A stretch of 64,000 nt of DNA from NCBI RefSeq assembly GCF_036321535.1, contig NC_087437.1:80292001-80356000 (forward strand), given 5' to 3'. This stretch comes from Camelus dromedarius (taxonomy: Eukaryota). Under the pieces are notes generated by a model. That model had not been told where the DNA came from. It was given only the letters and a program-made list of their open reading frames with translations, and ran no database searches. Positions 51,370-64,000 of this stretch are shown piece after piece (within the stretch, counting starts at the first letter, position 1; every line of letters starts with the position of its first letter). Both the position numbers and the translations under genes were made by a program.

Positions 51370-51900
51370 ACGATTTTTAATGGCTACATATATAGCATAG
51401 CAATTCTACAACAAGCAATCTAGTCATAAAACCTGTGTAAAACTTTACAGTTGCCTTCTTAGGAAAGTTCTGAGAAGTATAATGAGTGGGTCAAAGAATA
51501 GTCTCATTTAAAACTTTAATAGATAGTGGTACCAATTTAAATTCTCACTAGACTGTCTTAGTAGAATGCCTGTGGTCTCTGACTGCCGCCAATAATGACT
51601 ATCAGCAATTAACCTTTCCCACGCTAATAAATGAAAACCAACAGCTAATTTAATTCTTCTAATTTGCATTTATTTAGCCACAAATAAGGCTAGCCCTTTT
51701 GTCAAGTTTATGGCCACATCTACAGTAAATTGTCTATTTCTATCTCTGGACCTTTTCTCATCATTTCTTAGTGATTTATAAAACATCTTTGTGTATCAGA
51801 GATATTATCTGATAGTTTTAAACATTGTTTATGTGAAGGTTGAGGAGGATTGTCACATAGAGACTTTTAATGTTATGTAGTCTGATCTATTAAGCTTTAC
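51370..51900 (-). mobile_element. Ancient L1ME-type fragment
   Basis: Degenerate antisense ORF2-end motifs (gaagtataatgagtgggtcaaag; aatttgcattatttag; aaattgtctattt). Confidence 0.5.
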
Positions 51901-53654
51901 AAGAGCCAATCTTGGAGAATAAAAACATTGACTGGGTATTTTTTTTTCTTCCAAATAGAACAAATTTACCTTTCGTTATGAAAATAATATATTCACTGGT
52001 TTTAAAAATTCAAACAGCACAGGGGTGTTTAAAGAAGAAAGTAAAATTAACTACAAATCCTAGCATCCATGATGGTCATATTCTAAATATTACAAGAAAA
52101 TCTTTCTTTACAAGTTTATTGAGCCCCTTAGAAGAGGGAAAAATATATATCCTTATCACTATCCTTGCAAAACAGAGAACTTAGCTGATAAAATTTGGTA
52201 CTACTTTTAACTACCACAATGTATATATCTTGGCTTGTTTATAAGGCTGCCACACAGAGGCAGCTTTCTAATCTTTCATCCCAAAACCAAGCATCAGAGC
52301 TGTTGTTTGAGCTGGCCAAGCTCTGGATGGCCTTTGGACCATCAGTGACTCATCAGTGACCAAGTACACAGGCAACCCAGGAGTTCCCCCTTGCTCTGGT
52401 GGGCTTTCCAGGCTAACAACCATGGACTCTCACATTTAGCTGCTTCTTCCTCAGTCTTCTGAGCACGTAGTGAATGGGCCGTATTAGGCAAGATGAGGCA
52501 TAGGTACTGAATAGTATTAAAAGTCTAAGTAGTGTATGAGGACGAACAGCCATCAGCTTTCACCTACACCTTCAATGCCTACCCGTCATCTTATGTTTAT
52601 GTCTCTGGTCTAATCACTTTACACAAAACAATCTAGTGAGTTTTAACTGAATTTTCATTTCTCTAAATTCATTTATAAACTCTATTTCCATTTCTCCAAA
52701 TCCATTGGTTGGGAATACACTTATTTGATATAAGTACCCCTGTACAAATATTCTATTTTGCCTTGTGCATTCTTCACCTAAACAATCTCATATTTACTTT
52801 TCAGGGTCCAAAAGAACACCCAGCGCTTTTATTTCTGGTGGTTTTGTAGCCTTCCATCTTCATATAGTAACTTTTTTGGTTGTTTAGCTATGACTTTCTT
52901 CTTGAACACTTGAATTGCTCTATTCTATACCCTTTTAAATTCAAAGCATGTCTATACAAATTACTTTTCTGGTATTTCTTTGGGGTTTATTTCCTTGAGG
53001 CATCAGCCAAAGGTCGTGAACAGCTTTACAACTCAAGTGAGTAGTACTTTCGGTGAAACAGCTGTGGTCTCACCTTGTGATTTCCTTTCATCACAGTTTC
53101 ATTAATACTAATGAAGGAAGAATTTCTCTGGCGGAAACCACCCAGCTGTAGCCACCACTCATGGCCACAGCCGAAAACCCAGTGACATTTTGCTCAAATT
53201 CCAAGGCCAAGGCCCTGCAAAATTTTCTCAAAGGTGAGTCTGACCTATTCAATCAGAAAGAAAGAGCTCCTCTGGGAAACTGTCCCTTTTGCTAACCTCA
53301 GCATGTTGCTCAGATCACAGAGTGTCCAATAGTCTGACTGCCTTAACCCCAAAGCAGACAGCAGACGCTGCCTGCAGGTACCAGGCCCATGGCCACAGAT
53401 GTCAGACTGCACTCTCTGGGGCATGCCCTTCTTACCTGGGTCATCCATGAGCAGTTTGCCCAGGGCTAGGGCATCCTTGGAATTTGTGTGGTCCATTTTG
53501 TGAAGGCTACCAACCCTGCCCACGCTGCATATAACACCCACGTCCAAACACCATGAACTCCACACCCTTCAACCAATAAATATCTTTTGAGGGTTTACTT
53601 CCACTCTTGGCCCCAAGCCAACTCTCAACTCAGTAGCCAGAATCCATGAAAATG

Positions 53655-54258
53655 TATAGTAGATCTTGTCAGTCTTCTGCTCAGAACATACTGCCCCTTC
53701 CCCAAAGGCTGCCCAAACCAAAGAACTTTCAATGGCTACAAGGCCCTGTGCAATCTGGGCCCCTGTTGCGCATTTGACCACTTCTCCTCCCTCCCACCCA
53801 CTCTGCCCTAGACACGCTGGTCCTCTTGCTGTTCTCTAACACATCAAACTGACTCCTACCTCGGGCTTTCTGCCCTCATTCTCTCTACCTAGAACACCCT
53901 TCCCCTAGAAAGCAATCAGCATATCTCACATCCTTCCTTCCTTTAGGTATTTGGCCATATGCCATATCTCAGTGAGCCTTCCTTGAACCCAGTCTGAAAT
54001 TGCAACCACCCCCCTCTTGCTACTTACTAGTCTCCCTTTCTGCTTTGTTTTTTTTTTCTGTAGCATTAGTATACATACCCACTATAATATATATGCCTAT
54101 TACCACACACCTATGTGTTTATAGTCAATCCCCACCACTCTAAGGTCCATGAGAGCAGAGACTTTTGTCTATGTTATTCACTGCTATATCATCAGTGACT
54201 CCCAGGATGTCTCAGTGGTACATAGTGGGCATCCAACATGTATTTCTTCGATGAATTA
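53655..54258 (+). mobile_element. L2 LINE 3' portion
   Basis: caatggctacaaggccctgtgcaatctggg...ctcagtgagccttcctt...ccatgagagcagagactttt...catagtgggcatccaacatgtattt. Confidence 0.8.
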
Positions 54259-54699
54259 CAACAGGCCTTGCACAATGCCAGGCACTGTGGAGATACAAAA
54301 ATTTACTGGAACAACCCCTGTCCCCCAGAAACTCTTGGTTTAGTTGGGGAGTTTGATCATTGCTAATAACTTATAAAGTCAGATTTCTAAGGCTAACACC
54401 CTAGAAACTGCTTAGTTCCTCTTAGATACTGTGACCACACCTAAGGGAAGATGCCTCCAGGAGGAGGGTAGTTATGGGTTGTGGTTTTGCGGTCAAATTG
54501 CATGGTTTCACACAGGCACTACTAGCTTGGATAAAGATTTTAGCTTTTTTTTTTTTTAACTCATTTGTGCTTTTTCTATGAACCTTGTTTTTTTATTAAA
54601 ATAGTAGAGGACAATAATTGTCAACCTTGGATTATATGTAACCCTTAAGTCAGAGAGGCCCATAGAGCAAAGTATCTAACTGAACTTTTAGAGTTTATC

Positions 54700-55452
54700 T
54701 TGATTCAAAACCACACCTAGAACACCCACTAGAATGACTGCTATTTAAAAACCAAACAAACAAAACAAAATAACTACTGTTGGAGAGGATGTGGAGAAAC
54801 TGGAACGTCTGGGACCTGTTGGTGGGAATGTGAAATGGTGCAGCCATTACAGAAGACAAGCAGTTCCTCAAAAAATTAAAAACAGAACTACCATACGATG
54901 TAGCAATCCCACTTGTAAGTATATACGTCCCCAAAATTGAAAGCAGGATCTCAAAAGAGATATTTGCACCCTCATGTTCGTAATAGCATTGTTCATAACA
55001 GCCAAAGGGTGGAAGCTACCCAAGTGTCCATCTACAGATGAATAGAGAAACAAAATATGGCATACACATACCATGGAATATTATTCAGGCTTGAGAAGGA
55101 AGGGAATTCTGACACATGCTACAACATGAATGAACCTTGGGGACATTACACTAAGTGAAATGAGCCAGTCACAGAAAGACAAATGCTGCATGGTTCTACT
55201 TACATGAAGTATTTAGAGTAGTCAAACTGATAGAAACTGAAAGTCTAATGGTGGTTGTCAGGGCTGGGGGAGGGGAAATAGGGAATTGTTGAATGGATCT
55301 CATTTCAATTTTGCAAGATGTAAAGGTTCTGGAGGTTGACTGCATAACAATGTGAGTATACTCAACACTTCCTGAACTGTACACTTAAAAATAGGTAAGA
55401 TGATAAATTTCACATTATTCAAATTTACCACATATAATTTTTTTATTAAAAA
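54700..55452 (+). mobile_element. L1MB-type 3' end (ORF2 end plus 3'UTR)
   Basis: gttggagaggatgtggagaaactgg...gaaccttggggacattacactaagtgaaat...ctgaactgtacacttaaaaatagg...ttaccac. Confidence 0.9.
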
Positions 55453-56989
55453 AGCACACCTAGAAAACAAGAGAAATCTATTAGACATTTGAATTCCTGG
55501 GCACCAGCTCCTTCTTATGCAAGCACATTGGTCTCAATGTAGCGAAAACAATTTTTTTTAAAGAAGGAAAAACGTCTGCAGTTCCTTGATGGTCTACAGT
55601 AGGAATACTGCAGTTACCTCAGGTTCCTCCATATTCTACTTTTCCTTCATTTCCTGAAATGATTGTCTTCTGATGGAATCAGTAGACCCTGAGTGAGACG
55701 TGAGCTAGCAGACACATTTCATACTGAGGATTCACCATCTAGTGATGTGACCTGTCCACAACGTATTACTGGTACACAAGAGAGGGTGCCTCCAAGAGAC
55801 GAAATGGTTAAGCAGAAAAAGGAACCGGTCAGTGACCTGGATCCTGAGGCTTAATTAAAGATTGACCAGTGAATAAGATTTCTTCTCATTGCAGGCAGAG
55901 GACCCAGCATGAGGAAGACAGAGAGGCATGACAGGTAGTGGTGTACATTTCAGTGTTGGTTTCAGTGAAGACGTCAGTGCTTTGGGTCCATAAGGATGCA
56001 TGGGAAAGATCAGAGATAGAAAGGGAATATGCAATTCATTATCTTTGGGAAAATTATTTCATCTCTCTAAGCTCAACTTTCTCCTTTAAAAAAATGGAGA
56101 TAAAACTACTAACCTCAGAGTTGTGTAAAAATGATAAACAAAGCTGTCCTGCCCTAGGCCCTATAAACAAGCAGCCAAGGTCTTTACTGCCAGGCAGGGA
56201 GCAAGCTGACTGCCAGGCCTCCTGAAACTGAACTTTTCAGAGCCTGAAACATATAGGCACCATCACGAGTACCAGAGACACTCCTTTCCACTGAGTCAGA
56301 GGATTCTCCCTGAAATGTTCACTCACAGCTAAAAGTCAAAGCTGATTCTGCTTAAACACTGATTGATTACAGGTGAAACAGATTCCTAACTGGACCTTGG
56401 TGTTTGAAAAATCTTTTTGTATAATCCTACTTAGATACAGAAAGGATTTTTAAGTATCTTTATTAGCAGTACCCTCTATTTAAATTAAATCATGCACAGA
56501 TCTACAATATATAAAAGACATAAAAGACTGAATGGTTTTGACTAAATATGGATGTAATGTGTTTGAGGCTGGCATGGGGGTGGTAGGGGGAGAAATTGCC
56601 TCTCAAAGCCTTCTCCATGCCCTTGTGGAAACCAGTTTGAAAACCACTTAAGTAGGGATAAATAAAACTTTAACCCTCACACAAGAGGTGTTTTTTTTTC
56701 AGTTTGATGTTTGAATGACACCAAATGGGAGTACACATGTAATAGAATGAAATTCTAATAGATTAACTATATATCCCCACCCACCCCACCTCTTCTTTGT
56801 CTTTTAGCCTTTCCCCAGGAGTCAGATAACATTAATTCCTCATGGTCAGAGCCAAAACAATCACAGCCTGAGAACAAAGCATTCTAGTCAAGCCTCAAAG
56901 GATACTTTTGTAAATCCACATCATAAACCACAGCTTTGTGAAAGGTGTTTTTTTAAATGTCAAAAATAGAGTTCTCTGCTTGAAAAAGT

Positions 56990-57220
56990 TTGGAAGAACA
57001 AACCTATGGTTATCAGGAGGTAAAGGGGATGAGAAGGGATAAACTGGGAACAGGAAATTTTCACCTGTTGGGGAGTGATGGAAATGTTAGCTATCTTGAC
57101 TGTGGTGGTGGTTTCATGTGTGTCTACATCTATCAAAATTCATCGAATTGTACATCTGAAATATGTGTGGCTTACTGTACAGGAATCAAGCCAAAATAAA
57201 GGTGTTATAAAAAAAAAAGA
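56990..57220 (+). mobile_element. Composite L1 3' fragments (young 3'UTR piece plus old L1MC/ME-type end)
   Basis: 56990-57050 resembles the young 3'UTR (aacaaacctatggttatcagg...gggataaactggga); 57070-57205 resembles an old L1 terminus (gtgatggaaatgtt...tatcttgactgtggtggtggtttcatg). Confidence 0.65.
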
Positions 57221-57934
57221 AGAAGAATTCTCACCAGGTCACTCAAAGAGGAGAATAAATGTTAGTTACTTCATTAATTAATAATTTTTCTGAAATCAGA
57301 GATGTCACAGGCATTTCGACTGTTTTGGCCCACTTCCAATCCCTTGGGAGTGGGGAGGGAAGAAAGATCAAAGTTCCATTAGGTCTGGAGAATTCTGAAA
57401 GCTGGGCCTCATGTCCCACGTGCCAATGGAGGAGACAGCAAACCTAGTTCAGATTTCGATCCACTTACCCCACTGTCAATATGATCCAACAACAGTAGAG
57501 TTAAACAGTTTAGGAAGACTGGGTCCCAAAGGGCCACAGAGAAGTCTCCAAAAGCTCCCTGTGCCTCCAAGAGGATCATGGGAAGTGGCCAAATGATGGC
57601 CCTATGCCTGGAGCAGGAATTTCAGGCTTATTTCCCTCAGCTAACCGAGTCAAAACCTTACATGACTGAGCAATCACTAACTTAACTGAATTTACCTGAT
57701 GTTTTCTTCAGGTGAAGATGGAGCCTTGCGGTAAGAACAAAATTCAGTTTTAAGAGAATACTTTGTTCAACTGAATTTACGATTTGTGGAAATTTCGACC
57801 CAAAACACTGATAAAGAATACTCTTGTTATCAAGAATCCCAATCTATGCTAGAAGTTAGTTTTATGAAAGCATCTACAGATAGATCATAAACTTTAAAAA
57901 CAGAGATATACAGTAGTTTCTCCACAAGGACAGT

Positions 57935-58258
57935 AACAGAGCCACATCGCAATACCAAAAACCCCAGGGGCAGGTAAGTTTCTGAACTCAGATCATTTTA
58001 GATTTTAGACCAGTAATATGTAGTATTAGATATTACCCCAGAGGGGTCCAGGATAGTACATCACAATCAATCAGAATATGAATATACACACTACATGAGA
58101 TAAGAACTACAGGTAAAGACAAGTCAGTGTAATTCAAGGTTGTCTCCAATCTGTTTCAGATCAGTCTAGGTTTTGCTGCCAAATGAGTTATTTAAAAGCT
58201 TTCAGTTTCCAGAGCTTCCCGAATTTAAGAATTGAAGATAAGGGATAATGAATCTGTA
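57935..58258. mobile_element. TcMar-Tigger MITE, MER46C-like
   Basis: tttcagatcag...ggttttgctgccaaatgagtta...agctttcagtttccagagc...gataagggataatgaatctgta. Confidence 0.7.
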
Positions 58259-58909
58259 GAAAGTTTAGCATGGTTCAGAGAAGGTATTAAAACCAAGTGA
58301 AACTTGAGTTGCACTTTGAAGACTGGATAGGACTTGAAAGAGAGGGAAGAAAGATGTATAGACAGAAGCAATGGCATGACTAAAAGATGTAGGGGAGGAC
58401 AAATACACCTAGGCAGTCCAGGTAAGACACTGCAGAAGGGCTGTGATAAGACCTAAGATTTGAAAGGTAGGTGATAAGACTTCAGAAGGTCAGGCTAAAA
58501 TTTGAGACTTTTTGAAGAAATCATTCAGAGAACACAATGACTTTCAATCCAGAGAGAGTCGTGATTATTGTTACACATGATCGAACGCCAGGCGCAGGCA
58601 GCTTCTATGACAAGATTGCAGCAGCAAGGGGAGGAACAGGAGCCTAGCATTGGTCCTGCCCTGTAGACCAGCAACAGCCAAGATCCTGCCAGGCAGGGAA
58701 GGTACAGTGTTGAAGGGTTTGGTCATCTTCAGCCTCAGTTCAGAAAACACTCAGGACCAAGACTTCATGATGAAATAGCACGATGTCTCAACTGGCAGTC
58801 AACAGGAGCCAGATGTCCCCATAACACAAGAAACACTGGAGGAGGAGAAAGGAATTCATATTTCATTTGTTTCAGTACATTTGCAGGAGTACCTGACACT
58901 TGTTTAACT

Positions 58910-59210
58910 GCTGTGTTAGTTAGGAGAGGCTAGTTTATGTTAACTCAGATCTCAAAAGGTTTACTTCTTATGCAAGTTCCACGTCCAGCACTGGTCTGTG
59001 GAATTCTCTCTTGCACAGGGTGTCCAAGAAACACTGGCTGACAGAGGTTCCACCATCTTGTGCCTAACCAGCTGGAGTGTGTGGCGGCTCACTTTGCCTT
59101 GGCCCAGAAGAGACATGTGTCTTTTCTACTATCCACTGGTCAGAATTAGTCACGTGGCCCCAAAGGAGGCTAGGAAATAAAGAGAAACACATATAATATT
59201 TGGTGAGCTC
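58910..59210 (-). mobile_element. Old MaLR LTR (MLT1K/L-like)
   Basis: tgtgttagttaggagaggctag...ctggctgacagaggttccaccatct...ccactggtcagaattagtcacgtggccc. Confidence 0.65.
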
Positions 59211-61659
59211 TCTAACTCACAACTGAAGAGATTTTATAATAATTTTAATTTTTTTAGAAACAGATCTCTCTTTCAAGATAACTTTATAGAATATTGAAGA
59301 AACTAAGTTTACTTAGCATTAGTTGTACAAATAGTCTTGCTTTGCTTATAAATCTACACACTGTGAAGTATATGGGAAATTCTTTCTGTACCAAAATTCA
59401 AGACAAATTAGAAAATATTGAAACAATTTCAACAAATTTTAATTCAATAAAACTTAAAATTACCTTATGAATTGTGTATCTGTTCAGGTACCCCTCACCC
59501 CAAGACTTATAAAGGCAACTGCTCATTTACCAAGAAATAATATTTATATATAAACCTTTTTTTCCCATCAAGAAAATGCCCAATGATTATAAAGTAGGCA
59601 TATGATTTTTTTTATCTTCTTCACTTTTCTAGATAGGAAGCAAATCCAGATCAGGACAGTGATTAAGGGTCGACATCATCTTGACCATCAGAACCATGAT
59701 TTGGAAAGATTAATCTGATGACAATACGCTGACTAGGTTGGAGGTTGTGGGCAAAGAAAGCAGCTAGCACCAAAATTCAGCTGTCAAGTAATGACTGCGT
59801 GCATTTTCACAAAAGAAATACTTTATGAAGAGGAACTTTCTTCCAGGCTGAAGCCAGGGACAGTTCAGCCTGTAGTTTCTAAACTTCATTGGGACAGATG
59901 TTACCATGCACAGATAATGTCTCAGGACCACTGAATCTGCCAAGTTCCCCTTCCAGTCCATCGGTACCTTCCCTTAAGTCAGAGGAGGTAAAGCTGCTGT
60001 GGGGCTGACTGTGCCACAACCACAAGCCCTGACTCACACTATTGGTAAACAGAGCAGAAGTAGTATCACGAGGCCTGGAGCTTGCTGAGCAGGAAGCCTG
60101 AAATAGCAAACCCCAGAGCTTAATTTAGAAGAACCCTCACAATGACAAGTCTGCGAAACAGCACTTCACTGCCACTAAAAAAATAATAATAATGTGGTGG
60201 CATTTCAAAAAATACAAACTATGTGCTCTTTTTTTATTCATAGATCACTTAAAGATGAAAACTTTAATTGAGGGGACAGCCACATTGTTAATTACCAAAC
60301 TTTATGGCATTCTCAATTTTGGGCCGTGGCACCCTCAACTGTAATGATTTTTGTCAAAAACAGAGGTCTTAAACATTAAAGATTTTATTTATCCTATCTG
60401 TCCTCTGAGCTCACCATTGGTTATTGGGGGTGAGGCAGGGGGTTGTTTGTTTATTAGTTTATTTTGGTTCTGTTTGAATTTGTCTTGAAGTCAACATGCT
60501 CAAGGATTCACAATATAGAAAGAAGTCCTATGATGGCAGCAGATTCTTGATATTTTTCCCTTCTCTAAGATCCCCCATTCAATGCCCATACTCAACCGAA
60601 CAATAATCAGAGGCAGGAAAAAAGTGAAAAGCTCAACCCAGTAAAATTCTCCCTCCATGTGTTCCATTCATGGAGCTTTGTTCCCCTAACACTTTTCTAG
60701 ACCCCAGACACCGATAGCAGAATAAAAGCAAGCCATTGCCCCCACCCCATCCTGCCCTTCTTTGTCTCCCAACTCCTTCCCCAGCACACACACACACACA
60801 CAATAACTTCTTTCAAAATGATCGTTCCCATTAGAAACATGCAAGCTTAGACAGAATATTCTTTGGACTTACTAGTAATTCACCAATGTTTCCTTTTTTT
60901 TTTTTTTAATTTTGAAAGAATGGGAAGGGAAAGAAGCTTAAGAGTCTTTAAGGAAATGCAGAGACGGGTGCTGTGCCCAACAAGCAAAGAAAAGCAAATA
61001 ACAGTCCTCATTTCCAAAAGAGGAATGAAGTTGGAGGCCACAAACTCTAGACAGATAATGAAAATATTATCAAAGACATTAGGAAACATCTGGTTTGTGA
61101 AGTTACACAGGGGAAATGATGGCTCACGAGAAGACACCATGTATGCACTAAGAACAAGTCATAGGAGATTGAGTTGATTTCCATTTTTGAAAATTCAGCT
61201 AAGGAAAGAGCAGGAGACCCCCATGACTATAGAATATCTAGACTTCACAAGACATGCTATATTCATAATCTCCATGAATCCTGATAAGTGGGGGCTGCAT
61301 GTCAGTGCTTACGGTGACAACTTTCAGTTGAATGGCTAAAACCCCCAGGTTCAGGATCTGTGCCCACTTGAGTTAGTTTTCTAGCAACTTTGACATAGGG
61401 CTCACTCTCAGCTCTGTGCCTCTTAACCCACTTATCAAGAACTTCCACGGGGACCTTCATATCATGGGCATCAAATCTGTACAACTTAAAATAATAAGGG
61501 TTGTTGACAATTAGCTCAAAAAAATCTCAGCCAGATGAAATAATGAGCCACATCTTAAACACATACTTATATGAGAATTAAATAAAGCTTTGCTTACCAT
61601 TTCTCTCATGAAAGCTGAAATGTCTTTAACTTTTTACCTCTTCATCTATCATATTCGTC

Positions 61660-62480
61660 TCATATTTTTCCCAATGTGTTCTTTACCCATAAATCGTCTT
61701 TCTAGAAGTTGTGTCTTAAACTTTAACATGTAATGAAATCTAAATACTTTTCCTTTGTGATTTTATCAGTGACTTTATATTTAGAATTACTTTTCTCAGC
61801 TAAAGTGTAGGCAGAGATTAACTAATACCTCTAATATTTTTTATAGTTTAAATTTTTACATTTAATTTTTTAAGATATTTCTAAGTTATTTGTATGTGTG
61901 CTATAAAGGTAGGCTTCAAATGCATTTTTGTTTTAAATATCCAAGTGTTCTAATCATTTATTGACAATCTATCCCCTCCCCTTTAATTTGTCATGCTTTC
62001 TTTATCATCTATTATAGTCTTGTTTTTCCTAGGGTCTATTTAATTATCTTACTAAAAGTATTTTAAAGATTTAATTTCAAAACAGGAGAAAGAGAGCTGG
62101 CCTAAGGTGGGTAGGAAAGAATGATAGAAATTTATCACACAATATCAGTGTTCCTTTAGAATTAATGTCTAAAAGAGGAATTGGTGTCAAATAGATTTCG
62201 TATTTACGACTTTATATATATGTTGTCAAATTTCCGTCTGTCAATATTGTGATTTCAAAACTCCATCTAGTAGTATATGAGAGAGTTTGGTTTCTTGCAA
62301 CAGCTTAAAACCTAATTAAACATTTTTAATTGTGTTTTTTGAAAATCCACATAGCTGTATTTTTTTCTGAATATAAAGGTACTATATGTATTCACTGAAA
62401 ACATTCTCAAAATAAGCATGAAGAGAAAAAATAAGTAAAGTATAAAGAGAAATTCACCATACAACTCTCTAAATTCTAAT
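61660..62480. mobile_element. Ancient L1M fragments
   Basis: T/A-rich degenerate L1-like sequence (tttatagtttaaatttttacattta; atcatttattgacaat). Confidence 0.45.
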
Positions 62481-62659
62481 CTCTGTGTTAAGATCAGAAA
62501 TGGAAACTATTCTCCTTTTTCTGTACTTCCCCTAACTGTCCTTGAACTTAAAAACTGACTTTTAAAGCTATCACCACATGACTAGAGGAATGTCCAGAAG
62601 TCAGAAGGAACTGCTAGTCCTGCCTGGGTGTTATCTTACCTTCAGAAAACACCCCCAGA

Positions 62660-62703
62660 TTGTAAATCAATTACAATCAATAAAAAATTTTTAAAAAGAA
62701 AAT
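62660..62703 (+). mobile_element. 44-bp extreme L1 3' tip
   Basis: ttgtaaatcaattacaatcaataaaaa plus A-rich tail; perfect TSD AAAACACCCCCAGA at 62646-62659 and 62704-62717. Confidence 0.85.
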
Positions 62704-62774
62704 AAAACACCCCCAGAGTAACAGTGGTGGGACCATTGTCATCAGAGTTGCTCAGAGCTGCTTTAATTGTTGCC

Positions 62775-62930
62775 ACATCCCAGCTGTGTGACCTGGGTGT
62801 GATTCTAAGCATCTATTTCCTCTCTATAAAAGGAGATAATACCCATATCAATGGGCTTTTGTGAGAACTAGATGAAACAACATATGGATGGCGTTTGACA
62901 ATGCTGAGCACACAGTAGGTACTCAAGAGA
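62775..62930 (+). mobile_element. MIR SINE
   Basis: cagctgtgtgacctggg...tttcctctctataaaaggagataatacc...cacacagtaggtactcaa. Confidence 0.75.
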
Positions 62931-64000
62931 AGATGGCTCCCTGCCCCTCTCCTAACTTCATCTTTCCTGAGAGAGCCCAGTAGTGTATGAGTAGCGAAGC
63001 CACACTCCTTGTCCTTCACTGGGCAACAAGACCAAGACAGGACTTGACTTTACTAGGGGTAGTGGCCACACAGGTTTCCCAGTCACCCCCCTCATTGACC
63101 TTTGACCAAAGGTGACTTCTGTGGAAACTACTCACAAGGTTTAAGAGAACAATTAGTGATCCAAGACCTTCCTCCTATATAATCTTTTCTAGTGATCCCT
63201 TTCCATCTGTCATTTCTCCTGAAGTCTGGCAGACAGTTGGTTCAAGTGCATATCAGTACCTCCTCAAGGCAGAGGCAGCTGAAGAGTCTAGTCCTATTAC
63301 AAAGCTACTGTAGTAGAATCATCCAAACCACCTCTTGTCTTTCTAAGAGTGGAGGTGCATTTAAGGATTACAGGGAAGTGATTTGAACCAGACATCATTT
63401 ATCATCAGTCAGTGTGACAACACATTTTAATGCAACTCAGAGCCACAGAATCAATGAATACTGAGTTACCAATATTAATCAGCTATTCGTTCAAGAGACT
63501 GTAAGGTCAGAGTATCGTGTTGAGCATTGACAATCAGTAACATCTGAGGCTACAAAATTTGCAATTCACAAGAACTGAGGAGCTATAAATTTTATTATTA
63601 CAGTGAGCGGGCCTAAAAAAAGAGTGTGGGGTTAGGTCAAAAATATCAACAGGGAAGGGGTTAAAGGAAAAGAAATACTGGAAATAGAAGAAGAGAGAAA
63701 TATTAAGAAAGGAATTGCCCCTGAGGGGCAGTCCTCCCTGTCCCCAAGGTCTAAGCAGTGAGCCTCAGTCCTTGTAGAATCTCCTGGCCATGGAAACCCA
63801 GAGCCACCTCAAGAACCTGAAGGTCATATTTATATTTTTAAAGAGAATCAACCCTCAAAAGAACTGTTTCATTTTCTTATAAGACTTTCTAAGACTACAT
63901 ATTTACATACTTCACAAATATATATTGTCAACTTTCTTTATTTAATCTTTTAGAGGGTTTCCTAATCTCCAGAACTTTTGGGTAGGAAGGAATGCTTTGA

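Noticed and set aside
52600..53000. Possible ancient RT or retroviral coding relic on the minus strand (…KALGVLLD…)
   Set aside because: Only a short motif resemblance, with stops in all frames; needs a translated profile search to be taken seriously.
53097..53238. + strand exon candidate ending AAG|GTGAGT
   Set aside because: Stops in all three frames and only a moderate acceptor; an isolated donor match is expected by chance in 64 kb.
6954..62703. Recurring ~40-nt motif GAAATTGACACAACATTGTAAACTGACTATACTTCAAT as a CRISPR-like or novel dispersed repeat
   Set aside because: Copies are irregularly spaced, end in A-tails with TSDs, and are the 3' terminus of the longer L1 copies in the same window.

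Overview
AT-rich, repeat-dense mammalian genomic DNA, intronic or intergenic. It is most likely from a camelid (camel/llama/alpaca), judged from a tRNA-Ala-derived SINE of the vic-1 type at ~45.3 kb and a recurring lineage-type L1 3' end (...GAAATTGACACAACATTGTAAACTGACTATACTTCAAT-polyA). I see no recognisable protein-coding gene, rRNA, functional tRNA, CRISPR array or prokaryote-type system. The only ORFs with recognisable homology are broken fragments of LINE-1 ORF2 (RT domain and C-terminal CCHC knuckle); the rest look like chance ORFs. The window is a layered record of transposition. Ancient layers are MIR, L2, L3, MaLR LTRs and hAT/Tigger MITEs; mid-age layers are L1MA/MB; the youngest layer is many very short L1 3' tips with target-site duplications (TSDs). 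The most notable structures are a ~105-bp twin-primed (5'-inverted) young L1 nested inside an older twin-primed L1, a strong + strand bias of L1s (hinting at a minus-strand host transcript), a perfect 49-nt homopurine mirror repeat, a transcription-factor motif cluster at ~29.3-29.6 kb, and a few splice-signal-defined candidate exons. Repeat subfamily names are from recalled consensus sequences, not a database search, and boundaries of old repeats are approximate. I did not find a convincingly new biological system.
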